Source: a virus. Taken from it: a stretch of DNA of 64,000 nt. Below the pieces are notes generated by a model that was not told the origin of the DNA, made no database searches, and worked only from the letters and a program-made list of their open reading frames with translations. Both the position numbers and the translations under genes were made by a program. Positions 1 to 8,078 of the stretch are shown piece by piece. The stretch lies in IMG/VR virus record IMGVR_UViG_3300045988_183931, positions 6,965 through 70,964 of that record; one strand, written 5' to 3'. The first letter of the stretch is position 1, and every line of letters starts with the position of its first letter.

Positions 1-102
1 CCACCTATTCCAGCGGGAACAGCTCTTACAGGGTTCTTTATTCGTCGGAGTTTCCTTATTGATGCAATCAAGGCATCCACGTCCAACGTTCACGACATCC
101 AT
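1..102 (-). CDS. Hypothetical Cys-rich protein, N-terminal fragment (continues past window start)
   Basis: ATG at 102, 6 nt after the stop of the upstream gene. Reads MDVVNVGRGCLDCINKETPTNKEPCKSCSRWNRW to the window edge. Too short for the ORF track. Confidence 0.3.
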   Translation of the reverse strand, partial: MDVVNVGRGCLDCINKETPTNKEPCKSCSRWNRW

Positions 103-108
103 CGGTTA

Positions 109-687
109 TTAACCGCCGAAAAAGCCGGAACCGAAGTCGCCACAGAAGTCAGAGGGGAAATTGAAGTTACCACCATAGGGAACTTCCTTGGCGGGAGCAT
201 CAGGTGCAGGAGTGGGAGTCTCAGGAGCGAAACCACCGGTGGGGGCAGGCGCTTCGGGAGTAGCAGGCGAAAAATCCTCCTCAGGCTCAGAGACCAGAGG
301 CATGGGGATAGTAGGAGAAGCAGCGGGAGTCGTCTCAGGCGCGGGAACAGCAGGTTCAGTGGCGGGGATGTCCTCTGCGGGGGCATCGTCGGCCTCGGAT
401 GCGGTGCCGTCCACACGGCTGCGGGCAGCGGTAGCGACGAACTGGCTCAGGTCCATAGAGAACTTCCACTTCTCATGCCGGATGGAAGACACGACGATAT
501 TTGCATCCACGGGGAACAGCTTGCCGCCGTATCTGCTCTTCAGCAGCTTGGCAGCGGATGCCTCGTCCAGCACGGCGGGAAACTCGATGGGGTTCTGGTT
601 GTCAACGTTGATGACTCCATTGACGACAGATACGACGCCATAGCTGACGACGCTGACGGTGAGAGTTCTGTTGATAGAAGGTTCCAT
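109..687 (-). CDS. Hypothetical protein with a Pro/Ala/Thr/Glu-rich low-complexity C-terminal half
   Basis: 192-aa ORF with RBS AAGAAAGGAAA upstream of ATG 687. No family recognised. Confidence 0.6.
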   Translation of the reverse strand: MEPSINRTLTVSVVSYGVVSVVNGVINVDNQNPIEFPAVLDEASAAKLLKSRYGGKLFPVDANIVVSSIRHEKWKFSMDLSQFVATAARSRVDGTASEADDAPAEDIPATEPAVPAPETTPAASPTIPMPLVSEPEEDFSPATPEAPAPTGGFAPETPTPAPDAPAKEVPYGGNFNFPSDFCGDFGSGFFGG

Positions 688-774
688 ATTCTTTATTTCC
701 TTTCTTGTTTTTAAGAATTTAAGAGGAATGTTTTGTCATTTCGACAAAACGCTCCACACAGCGGAGGGAAGAAC

Positions 775-991
775 TATAATTACGAATGGTAAAACCCTGT
801 TATTTCCGGGTGGTGTATACCCAGCACAGGTATTCAGTTCCCCAAAGCGCTGGTGCCACCTCTCACGTGACTACCAGCCAACAGAGTATTCCTGCTTCCA
901 CGACGACCATGCATCTCCACAGGCGTTAATTCCGGCTATACCGTCCGTACTCGTTTTTATTTCCTTGGCAATGTGTGCAATCATTGCACAC
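775..991 (-). ncRNA. omega-RNA-like structured RNA, copy A: 5' hairpin, scaffold, terminal imperfect hairpin, putative 12-nt guide
   Basis: Starts 16 nt after the TnpB-like stop. Contains a perfect hairpin GUGUGCAAUGAUUGCACAC (991..973) and a stem-loop GUCAC-GUGAGAG-GUGGC. The U-G wobble in that stem is only possible on the minus-strand RNA. A terminal hairpin lies at 821..788, followed by UUCGUAAUUAUA (786..775). Related copies occur at 30600..31136. Confidence 0.5.
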
Positions 992-1006
992 TTTCCTCGC
1001 TCGGCT

Positions 1007-2065
1007 TTAGGCAGGCTTCTGCTCGGAAGCCATGCGCTGACCTTCGGACAGCACGACCTGTGCCAGTGCCTCATCATGCTTGGCTTCCGGTGCTACGGTG
1101 GCGGTATCTACGTCCACCAGAGTGCGTCCAGCCCAGTCCGCCTTATACTTTATCATACCGGTAAGTTCAGACCAGCCGGCATCGAGGATGCTTTTAGCCT
1201 GCTCATTGCCCTCAACTAAGGGCTTAACGGCCACCTTCTCAACGGCAATAAGCTGGTTTGCGTTGACAAGTTCACGGCTGATTTTATGCCGGTAGTCATT
1301 GCGCTGATTGGCAATATGCTCATGGACGCCGGCTACCTTGCGCCGCTGCTTCTCGTAGTTGACAGAGCCCTTCTTCTTGCGGGATAGACGCCGCTGCTCA
1401 CGTGCCAACCGCTTTGCAGACTTGCTCAGATGCTTCGGGTTCTCATAGTGAACGCCGTTGCTGTCAATAGCCAACTCCTTCAGGCCGAGACTGATTCCCA
1501 CCTCGCCGTCCACAATAGGCAGCGTGTCTCGCTCTACTTTACAGCAGACAGATGCCCAGTATTTTCCGGTAGCAGACCGAGAAATAGTGACCTCGCGGGG
1601 AGACCCTTCGATGGGGCGCCCCGTCCCTCGCCTGAGCTTGTTGATTTTCTGATACTGTCCTCCAAACGGAACCTGAATGTAATCGTCCGTCACATAGATA
1701 GTACCAGCGGTCGTAAAACTCTGTGTCGGATGGGACGCGCCCTTAAATTTGGGATAACCGGGCTTCTCCCCCGCTTTAATGCGGCGGAAGAACGCCTTTC
1801 GCGCCTCAAACAAATCAATGATGGCATATCTCTCTGCCGTACAGCCGCAGTCCGCAAGCCAAGGCCAGCGCTCCCGCATCTCCGTGAGAACCTTCATACA
1901 GTCGAAGGTCGTCATCTTCTCCTGTCGGCGCTCATAGATTTTGGAGGTTTGTTCAAGGAAATGGTTCCACACAAACCGGCAGCATTTGAAAGTCTTCTCG
2001 ATGATTTCGACCTGCTCATCAGTCGGGTAAATGCGATACTTAAACGCTTGAAATGTAGTTGGCAT
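1007..2065 (-). CDS. TnpB-like (IS200/IS605 OrfB family) protein, RuvC-inactivated and C-terminally truncated (TldR-like)
   Basis: 352 aa from ATG 2065, with RBS GAAAGGACGG. The N-terminus MPTTFQAFKYRIYPT and the motifs RRLSRKKKGS, ANQRNDYRHK and SILDAGWSEL..YKADWAGR are typical of TnpB. The RuvC-I site reads GISLG (Ser where Asp is expected). RuvC-II Glu is kept (IAVEKV). The ORF ends about 30 aa after GRTLVDVD with no CxxC zinc ribbon and no RuvC-III. The 42-aa extension in the ORF track (2066..2191) lacks an RBS. Confidence 0.8.
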   Translation of the reverse strand: MPTTFQAFKYRIYPTDEQVEIIEKTFKCCRFVWNHFLEQTSKIYERRQEKMTTFDCMKVLTEMRERWPWLADCGCTAERYAIIDLFEARKAFFRRIKAGEKPGYPKFKGASHPTQSFTTAGTIYVTDDYIQVPFGGQYQKINKLRRGTGRPIEGSPREVTISRSATGKYWASVCCKVERDTLPIVDGEVGISLGLKELAIDSNGVHYENPKHLSKSAKRLAREQRRLSRKKKGSVNYEKQRRKVAGVHEHIANQRNDYRHKISRELVNANQLIAVEKVAVKPLVEGNEQAKSILDAGWSELTGMIKYKADWAGRTLVDVDTATVAPEAKHDEALAQVVLSEGQRMASEQKPA

Positions 2066-2421
2066 AGAAATCCGTCCTTTCGCAAATAGTCGGCACCTCT
2101 CGCAGCAACCATCCAGACTGCGAGAACACCGGACCCCACGCAAACAAGCACAGCATAAAAGGCAGCACCCACGTCTGGAATACGCCAACAACCTCTGCGC
2201 TCGGCCCGCGTTTACTTATTTTTCCGGCTTCCCTTGTCCCGCGAACCATGCAGGCGTTCGCGGAGACTTTTGCTCATCTGCTTTCGGCTACTGAAAGCGC
2301 AGAGTTTCACCCTTATCACGCCACCGCCCGCAAAACAGGTACAGGCAGCTCGCTTCTCACGCTTCAGGCGACTTTTGCGCTCGCCGATGTTGTCCGAAAA
2401 ACACAGGACAAACAAGCAGAT

Positions 2422-2450
2422 AAAGAAAAAGGACACACTTTACGGTGTCC
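2422..2450 (-). terminator. Intrinsic terminator closing the tRNA operon
   Basis: Minus strand reads GGACAC-CGUAAAGU-GUGUCC followed by UUUUUCUUU, directly after tRNA-Gly. Confidence 0.6.
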
Positions 2451-2451
2451 T

Positions 2452-2528
2452 TGGAGCGGACGACGGGACTCGAACCCGCAATGACCAGCTTGGAAGGCTG
2501 GCGTCTCACCAAATTAGACGACATCCGC
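2452..2528 (-). tRNA. tRNA-Gly (anticodon UCC), CCA encoded
   Basis: Hand-folded cloverleaf. Acceptor GCGGAUG/CGUCCGC, anticodon arm CCAGC-CUUCCAA-GCUGG, T-loop GGUUCGAGUCC. Confidence 0.85.
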
Positions 2529-2564
2529 GCATATAAAAAACACCACAAAAGCACATGGTTTTAT

Positions 2565-2640
2565 TGGAGCTGATGGAGGGCCTTGAACCCCCGACCTGCG
2601 GTTTACAAATCCGCCGCTCTGCCAACTGAGCTACATCAGC
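2565..2640 (-). tRNA. tRNA-Thr (anticodon UGU), CCA encoded
   Basis: Starts GCUGAUGUAGCUCAGUUGGCAGAGC. Anticodon loop UUUGUAA, T-loop GGUUCAAGGCC, acceptor GCUGAUG/CAUCAGC. Confidence 0.8.
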
Positions 2641-2647
2641 ATAAGTC

Positions 2648-2711
2648 GTGAAGCCCCCGCACAACGAGGCTGAAAGCACTTTTCAAAAGACCTGTTACAC
2701 GGGGGCTTCAC
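2648..2711 (-). other. Long perfect hairpin between the two tRNA-Thr genes
   Basis: 12-bp perfect stem GUGAAGCCCCCG/CGGGGGCUUCAC enclosing about 40 nt. No U-tract follows. Confidence 0.5.
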
Positions 2712-2733
2712 TTGAAGGAGAATGAGTATGGAA

Positions 2734-2809
2734 TGGAGCTGACGGTGGGGGTCGAACCCACGACCTGCGCGTTACGAGTGCGCCTCTCTGCCTACTGAGC
2801 TACACCAGC
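2734..2809 (-). tRNA. tRNA-Thr (anticodon CGU), CCA encoded
   Basis: Starts GCUGGUGUAGCUCAGUAGGCAGAGA. Anticodon loop CUCGUAA, T-loop GGUUCGACCCC, acceptor GCUGGUG/CACCGUCAGC-type pairing. Confidence 0.8.
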
Positions 2810-2820
2810 ATTTTGGTGGT

Positions 2821-2874
2821 GCTGGCAGCCTCCGCTTATCGCAGGTTAATCACGTCTGCACGGAGGCCGCCAGC
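2821..2874 (-). other. Long hairpin between tRNA-Thr(CGU) and the tRNA-like element
   Basis: 14-bp stem GCUGGCGGCCUCCG/CGGAGGCUGCCAGC. Its single G-U pair exists only on the minus-strand RNA; on the plus strand it would be an A-C mismatch. Confidence 0.5.
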
Positions 2875-2916
2875 GCCGAAGAGAGTTGATGTCGGCGGGG
2901 TGGGTAGAACGCCGGC

Positions 2917-2995
2917 TGGCAATAGCGGCTGGAGTTGAACCAACATATCGTTACCTGTGAGAGAGGTACGGCATTACCAGTTATGCTACGCTATC
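2917..2995 (-). tRNA. Atypical tRNA-like gene (possible anticodon CUC, Glu), CCA encoded
   Basis: Acceptor GAUAGCG/CGCUAUU (G-U at pair 1-72), D-arm GCAU..AUGC, anticodon arm UACCU-CUCUCAC-AGGUA, T-arm GUUGG-UUCAACU-CCAGC. It has an extra nucleotide at position 26 and a 7-nt variable loop, so it needs tRNAscan-SE confirmation. Confidence 0.35.
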
Positions 2996-3305
2996 ATATT
3001 GAGAGATGTTTCCGTGTCCGCTGCTCGTTGGAAAAGACAGAGGCAAAGATAACAGCAGCGAAAACAGAAGGCGCGTCGTGCGGACTCGAACCGCCAGAAC
3101 CTCCCCGCATGGAGAACAACGCGAAAGTCGAAGCAGCTCCCGCACACTTCCCTCAGGGAGCTGACTTTATTGTGCTTATGAGTGTAATTAAAGAAAGAAG
3201 AAAACGGGACGGGCAATTTAGGCGCTTATTCTTACAATCGCAAGAATATTGTCATTTTAGGCACGAGCCCTTCGAACGAGCCTTTCTTGCCCTGTCCACG
3301 CTGTT

Positions 3306-3334
3306 ATACTAACACGAACATATAAAAATGTCAA
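3306..3334 (-). promoter_or_regulatory. Sigma-A-type promoter facing the tRNA operon
   Basis: Minus strand reads TTGACA (3334..3329), 17 nt, TAGTAT (3311..3306), with TG upstream of the -10. About 300 nt of untranslated leader precede the first tRNA-like element. Confidence 0.55.
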
Positions 3335-3495
3335 GTCTAATTATCAGTAAAAAAAGCTATACCGCGAGTTTATGCGCCGCAAATCGTGCCGCGCAAACTA
3401 AAGCAAGCTGTATTTTACGGAAAAATAGTTGGCAATAATAACGAATATGCAAAAGAAAAAAGGTTGACATCCAGTAAATTTTCTCTCTAACACAC

Positions 3496-3525
3496 TTGAC
3501 AAAATTTTATGTTCGTGTTTATAAT
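3496..3525 (+). promoter_or_regulatory. Sigma-A-type promoter of the recG operon
   Basis: TTGACA (3496-3501), 18 nt, TATAAT (3520-3525). The spacer contains TTATGTTCGTGT, which is shared with other promoters in the window. Confidence 0.6.
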
Positions 3526-3648
3526 AAGGGTGTGTAAGCCCTCTTTATAAGAAGTAAGCAAGAATCCTCGGTGATTTATTGCCGAGTAGTTCACGAAAAG
3601 CACCCCGACACCCTAACATTTTCCCACCACACGGAGGTGAGAACATAT

Positions 3649-5724
3649 ATGAAGCTATCCGTCATTGGAGTAAACGCACAAAAGGAAAAGCGTTTCGAGA
3701 AAAAAGGTATCCACTCAGCAGAAGACCTTCTGCGTTATATCCCAAAAAGCTATAAGGACTACCGGCAGCTTGCAACGCATCTCATAGATGGTGCGGAGCA
3801 GGCTTGTCTTGTGCGCGTAGACGAAGTGAAGTCCTTCGGCCAAGAACTGCGCTATAAGGGTTCTTATGTGCAGACTTCCTCCCATGTCCCTATGATTATC
3901 GCACACTGCACGGTGCTTCCGAGCGGAGAAAAACTCGTTATTACATGGTTCCGGCAAAACTACCTTTTCCGCAAGATTTCCACTTGCACAGGGCAGGAGG
4001 TTTATGTGGCCGGAAAGGTCGGATACAGCGAGAAATACAACAACTACACCATGACGGCACCGGAGATTTTCGAGCCTGCCTATGGGCAGGCACCGGGCAT
4101 TCGTCCTGTGTACGCTCAAATCGGAGGCGTGAGCGATGCCTACCTGAGAGAAAAGATTCAGGAGGCTTCCGACAGAACTATCGGGCTTATTGAAACGCTT
4201 CCCAATGATTACCTCGACAAAAAGGGTCTTTCAAGCCTTTGGACTTCACTCAAGAAGCTGCACTTCCCCGTTACCGAGCAGGATATTAAGGACGGTCAAA
4301 CCCGACTCCTTCAGGAAGACCTCGTATATTTTGCTATGGCTAACGAATGGGCCGCACGAAAGATTTCTAAGGGTAGCCAATTCTCCGTCAAGACAAACGG
4401 CTGGATTGAAAAGATTAAGAATACCCTGCCCTATTCTCTCACAAAAGACCAGATGGACGCGATTGAGAGCATGACTCAATTTGCAGCAGACGGGCACCGC
4501 ATCAACGCGCTTGTGCAGGGCGATGTCGGTTGTGGAAAGAGTATCGTTGCATTCTGCCTTATGATGACTATGGCCGAGAATGGGTATCAGGCAGCGGTGA
4601 TGGCTCCCACGCTGGTGTTGGCGCGTCAGCACTACGAGGACCTCTCCGCTCTGGCGGAACCGTTTGGCGTAAGCGTCGTTTGGCTTGGCAGCGATTTGAA
4701 GACGAGCGAAAAGAAAAAAGCCTTGGCCGTCATCAAGGAAGGCAAGGCGCAACTCATTGTTGGAACACAGTCCATCATTGGAGAAGATGTGGAGTATAAA
4801 AATCTCGCCTTAACCGTAACGGATGAGGAACACAAGTTTGGCGTTGACCAGCGTACAGCGCTCATCGAAAAGGCTTCAGGCGGTGTTCATTCTATTACTA
4901 TGTCTGCCACCCCCATCCCCCGCAGTCTGGCTCAGGTAATTTATGGGGATACCGTGCAGCTCCACACCATTAAAACGATGCCGGACGGACGTCTTCCAGT
5001 TATTACCGGTATTGCCACAAGTAAAGAAAAAATCTTTCGCTTCATTCTGCTGCAGAAACAAAAGGGGTATCAAACCTATGTTGTCTGTCCGCTTATTGAT
5101 AGAAGCGAAAAACTGGAAGGCGTACAGTCTGTCGAGGAGGTCAGCGCAGAATACCGTTCTGTTCTGGAGCCGTATGGCGTCCGCATCGAAACAGTAACAG
5201 GCAAGATGGGAAAGACAGAAACGGAGGACATTCTCTCGCGATTCAAGGATGGTCAAGTAGATGTGCTTGTCAGTACAACCGTTGTGGAGGTTGGCGTAAA
5301 TGTCCCTACCGCGACAATGATGGTCATTGTAAACGCGGACCGTTTCGGGCTTTCCAGTCTGCACCAGTTGAGAGGGCGTGTAGGGCGGAGCAGCGTACAG
5401 TCCTATTGTGTGCTGGAAGCAGGCGCGTCGCCCACGCCGGCTGCGATGGAGAGACTGAACGCCATGGTACAGACCAATAACGGGTTTGAAATTGCAGAGG
5501 CGGACCTCCGCATTAGAGGTGCCGGAGATTTCCTCGGCACAGAACAATCCGGATGGAACCGATATATGACCCTTATGATGGCATACCCCGCTGAGTACGA
5601 ACAGGCAAAGGAGGACGCAAAGACACTTTTGAACAGAGGAAAAGGTTCCTGCAAAATGGTCGATTCCATAATCGCGGGAGGTCAGGAGACCGACAATACC
5701 GCAAAGGAGGCATCAAGAAAATGA
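3649..5724 (+). CDS. recG: ATP-dependent DNA helicase RecG
   Basis: 691 aa from ATG 3649, with RBS GGAGGTG. Walker A GDVGCGKS, DEEH box, SATPIPRS and HQLRGRVGR. The N-terminal wedge-like region is typical of RecG. Confidence 0.85.
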   Translation: MKLSVIGVNAQKEKRFEKKGIHSAEDLLRYIPKSYKDYRQLATHLIDGAEQACLVRVDEVKSFGQELRYKGSYVQTSSHVPMIIAHCTVLPSGEKLVITWFRQNYLFRKISTCTGQEVYVAGKVGYSEKYNNYTMTAPEIFEPAYGQAPGIRPVYAQIGGVSDAYLREKIQEASDRTIGLIETLPNDYLDKKGLSSLWTSLKKLHFPVTEQDIKDGQTRLLQEDLVYFAMANEWAARKISKGSQFSVKTNGWIEKIKNTLPYSLTKDQMDAIESMTQFAADGHRINALVQGDVGCGKSIVAFCLMMTMAENGYQAAVMAPTLVLARQHYEDLSALAEPFGVSVVWLGSDLKTSEKKKALAVIKEGKAQLIVGTQSIIGEDVEYKNLALTVTDEEHKFGVDQRTALIEKASGGVHSITMSATPIPRSLAQVIYGDTVQLHTIKTMPDGRLPVITGIATSKEKIFRFILLQKQKGYQTYVVCPLIDRSEKLEGVQSVEEVSAEYRSVLEPYGVRIETVTGKMGKTETEDILSRFKDGQVDVLVSTTVVEVGVNVPTATMMVIVNADRFGLSSLHQLRGRVGRSSVQSYCVLEAGASPTPAAMERLNAMVQTNNGFEIAEADLRIRGAGDFLGTEQSGWNRYMTLMMAYPAEYEQAKEDAKTLLNRGKGSCKMVDSIIAGGQETDNTAKEASRK

Positions 5725-6689
5725 GTGCTATTTATAAAAGAACAAATCCTACAAAGCCGGCACGAGCTGGAGACGATATAAGGTACGGAGAAAACGTCTC
5801 AACAACTGTCTATACCTCTATAGTCCTGCTCCTCCGCAAATTAAGAATTGCGGAGGATGCAGGCAACATGGCAAGAGTAAACAACATTATCACAGACACC
5901 ACGCCATACAGGGCAGAAATGAAAAAGCTGCGGTTAGCCGAACAGCTTAATTGTCCAGAAGAAAAGCTGCCAGCCCTTTTATTTGATAAAACTCCCGTTA
6001 CAAACGGAGAAACACAGCGATTTATAGGCTGGCAGGGATTTAACTGGCAAATCGTTTTTCGGATTCTTGCCGAGTTGGACATATCTTACGAGGAAATGAT
6101 TCGATTCGGAGATAAAAACTTTCCAGCTTTCAGCAGCCTACCGCCAGATGTTCAAGAAGTCTATAATCTTGTAGATAGCTTTCCAGAAACGATAAGAGAC
6201 GGATGCATAAGAGAGTCAGCTCTCGGCATGATTGATACGATGTGGATACATCAATTCTGGGATGATAAAAAACGCAGCTTATTGCTGCGCCCTTCTGCGC
6301 GAGTACAGTACGTTTTTTCCCACAGATGTTCATTTAAGCGACAGGATATTCTCGATTTGGATGAATTGATTCAGTCCGGAAAAGGCAATTTTGAATTAGA
6401 TGATAAACAAAAGGATGTCATTCACGAGTTGGCGAATATCATGTTGGTGAGACCCTCCTGCTCCACAAGCAACGAAAGAATTCTGCCGCATATAGCGGCT
6501 GCCTTTGGCGTCTCTTTACACTGGCTCATGGGGATGCCAAGCACAATGCGACTTTATGCGAAAAACTCTACGACAGAAGATATTGTTTCCGCCTATTATT
6601 TCATGTCAACCACCTGCAAAATTGAGTTTAGAAAAGCGCTGCAAAAGTTTTCCGAAAGACTTGAACACTTTAAGGAGGAAAACAAATGA
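5721..6689 (+). CDS. Hypothetical protein
   Basis: 322-aa ORF. ATGA overlap with the recG stop suggests translational coupling. Confidence 0.6.
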   Translation: MSAIYKRTNPTKPARAGDDIRYGENVSTTVYTSIVLLLRKLRIAEDAGNMARVNNIITDTTPYRAEMKKLRLAEQLNCPEEKLPALLFDKTPVTNGETQRFIGWQGFNWQIVFRILAELDISYEEMIRFGDKNFPAFSSLPPDVQEVYNLVDSFPETIRDGCIRESALGMIDTMWIHQFWDDKKRSLLLRPSARVQYVFSHRCSFKRQDILDLDELIQSGKGNFELDDKQKDVIHELANIMLVRPSCSTSNERILPHIAAAFGVSLHWLMGMPSTMRLYAKNSTTEDIVSAYYFMSTTCKIEFRKALQKFSERLEHFKEENK

Positions 6690-7858
6690 GAAAAAAGGAT
6701 AGTGCAGTCAACGCATATATCGACTGCAATAAATGGGCGACAAAACTCAATACGCGGTTCTCTTCCGCCGAGAAGTCGGAAAAATTGAATTACAAGGAAA
6801 TGCTCGGAATATATGCCGAATTCAGCGATGAGCTCACTTTGGTACGCAGGCTTGTTTCCGCGAGAGTGTACGAAGAGCTGTTTGCCATTACCAAAATGCC
6901 ACGTGTCTATGGAGAATGGAATGTGAAGCAAATTGGCGCAGAAATCGGCATGGACGCAACTAAAATGTCGCGCCTCAAGGAGCCTGAGGACGGTGCGCTT
7001 ACCTCTGTGGGCCCGTTTGAGTTACGCATTTCGCCTCCAGCAGACGGCAAGCAGACGCGACGGCTGCCTGAAGGGTTTTATGCGTCTGTTGAAGGTCTTT
7101 ACAAAACCTCATACTTTTTCCTTGACAAGTCCTGCGAAAAAGTCTTATTCGGAGATGAGTGTGCGCCCATCCACCTCCCTCACAACTACTCCTCCCTTTT
7201 CTCCCAAATCTCAGCAGTTCCGTTTTCCGATTCCTTGCGGATACAAGTTAAGATTAAAGAAATGTGCAAGCAGTACGAGCAGTACATGGTAAGGGAAACG
7301 GCAGACGGCAAAAAGCCAGAAAACTACGTATACGCGGACAGCGCAGGTGCTCCCATTGATTTTCAGGAGCTTTATATAAAGCGGCTTAACGAGAAGATGG
7401 AAAATGACTGCTGTAATGCTTCCTCACTGTTCGGCGAAGACGCCAGTGCTCCTTTTAAGAACATGGCAATCAGATGCTTTAGCGTTCCTGTAGACACATT
7501 TGAAAAGTCAGATAGGGCAATATTCTTTGACAAGAACGGAACTCTTATGAGACCGGAGAAGAAGTCCGGAAAGAAAGAACCAATGGGAACGACCGGCAAT
7601 CTTATGATGCTGAGTATTGGACTCGACACGGCTGTGGACTATTTCATTTCCCCCGATTATACGAAATATTCGACGCTGCTTGCTCGAACAAATGTCCCAG
7701 ATAAAAGTGGAAACGAGAGGGAGTTTACGCTCGATGAAGGTATGCGGTCAGCCCTTTCTTCAATCCTGATGATTTCTGACGATAACGATAGAAGTGAGGT
7801 CGTAGCGGAAGCCCTTTGCGACTGCTGGATGGCACAATACTCCGAGGAAATAAGGTAA
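6686..7858 (+). CDS. Hypothetical protein with a possible HTH segment
   Basis: 390-aa ORF with a 4-nt overlap onto the upstream gene. The segment NVKQIGAEIGMDATKMSRLK looks HTH-like. Confidence 0.55.
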   Translation: MRKKDSAVNAYIDCNKWATKLNTRFSSAEKSEKLNYKEMLGIYAEFSDELTLVRRLVSARVYEELFAITKMPRVYGEWNVKQIGAEIGMDATKMSRLKEPEDGALTSVGPFELRISPPADGKQTRRLPEGFYASVEGLYKTSYFFLDKSCEKVLFGDECAPIHLPHNYSSLFSQISAVPFSDSLRIQVKIKEMCKQYEQYMVRETADGKKPENYVYADSAGAPIDFQELYIKRLNEKMENDCCNASSLFGEDASAPFKNMAIRCFSVPVDTFEKSDRAIFFDKNGTLMRPEKKSGKKEPMGTTGNLMMLSIGLDTAVDYFISPDYTKYSTLLARTNVPDKSGNEREFTLDEGMRSALSSILMISDDNDRSEVVAEALCDCWMAQYSEEIR

Positions 7859-7862
7859 AAAA

Positions 7863-7891
7863 AGAGGCAGGCGAAAGCCGCCTCTTTTTTC
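7863..7891 (+). terminator. Intrinsic terminator of the recG operon
   Basis: AGAGGCAGGC-GAAA-GCCGCCUCU followed by UUUUUU. Confidence 0.75.
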
Positions 7892-7901
7892 TCTGCCATT
7901 G

Positions 7902-8033
7902 TTGACATTATAAATAATTGTGGTAGTATAATAGTATAATTACGAAGATATTTTTATAAGGAGACTTATCTCCGCTTCCAGTCACACCAAGTATTCAAGA
8001 CAGTTATCCCAAGACAGGGATAGCTGTCTTTTT
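7902..8033 (+). promoter_or_regulatory. Repeated promoter-leader-terminator module, copy 1
   Basis: TTGACA at 7902-7907, then TGgTAGTATAATAGTATAAT. A 46-nt core is shared with copies 2-4. Small hairpin GGAGA-CUUA-UCUCC. 12-bp terminator stem at 7999-8028 plus a U-run. The 12-mer TATAATTACGAA lies at 7935-7946. Confidence 0.8.
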
Positions 8034-8078
8034 ATATATTTTTTTACATTACAACACAATAAGAAAGGAGAAAACATA

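Noticed and set aside
109-687. Single-stranded DNA-binding protein (SSB), because of its position and its disordered Pro/Ala-rich tail
   Set aside because: The N-terminal domain shows no recognisable OB-fold SSB motifs, and the tail lacks the acidic D-D-D-(I/L)-P-F tip.
775-786. The 12-nt match to the module promoters explained as an IS insertion into a fifth copy of the module
   Set aside because: Homology to the modules ends exactly at the 12-mer on both sides. The sequence beyond the other end of the tnpB-like gene (above 2065) shows no continuation of the module leader (GATATTTTTATAAGGAG).
2066-2191. 42-aa Cys/Arg-rich N-terminal extension of the TnpB-like ORF
   Set aside because: It has no RBS. 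The conserved TnpB N-terminus (MPTTFQAFKYRIYP) starts at ATG 2065, which has a good RBS.
3069-3165. Full-length tRNA (Sec-like or long-variable-arm) around the GGCGGTTCGAGTCCGC T-arm
   Set aside because: I could not find a 5' acceptor strand, D-arm or 7-nt anticodon loop. Only a mini tRNA-like fold (3112..3069) is supportable, so it is listed as a finding that needs software confirmation.
3313-3330. CGAACAT / ATGTTCG motif in several promoter spacers read as LexA (Cheo) boxes
   Set aside because: Only half-sites are present; there is no GAAC-N4-GTTC palindrome at these promoters. A genuine-looking box was found only at 39562-39573.
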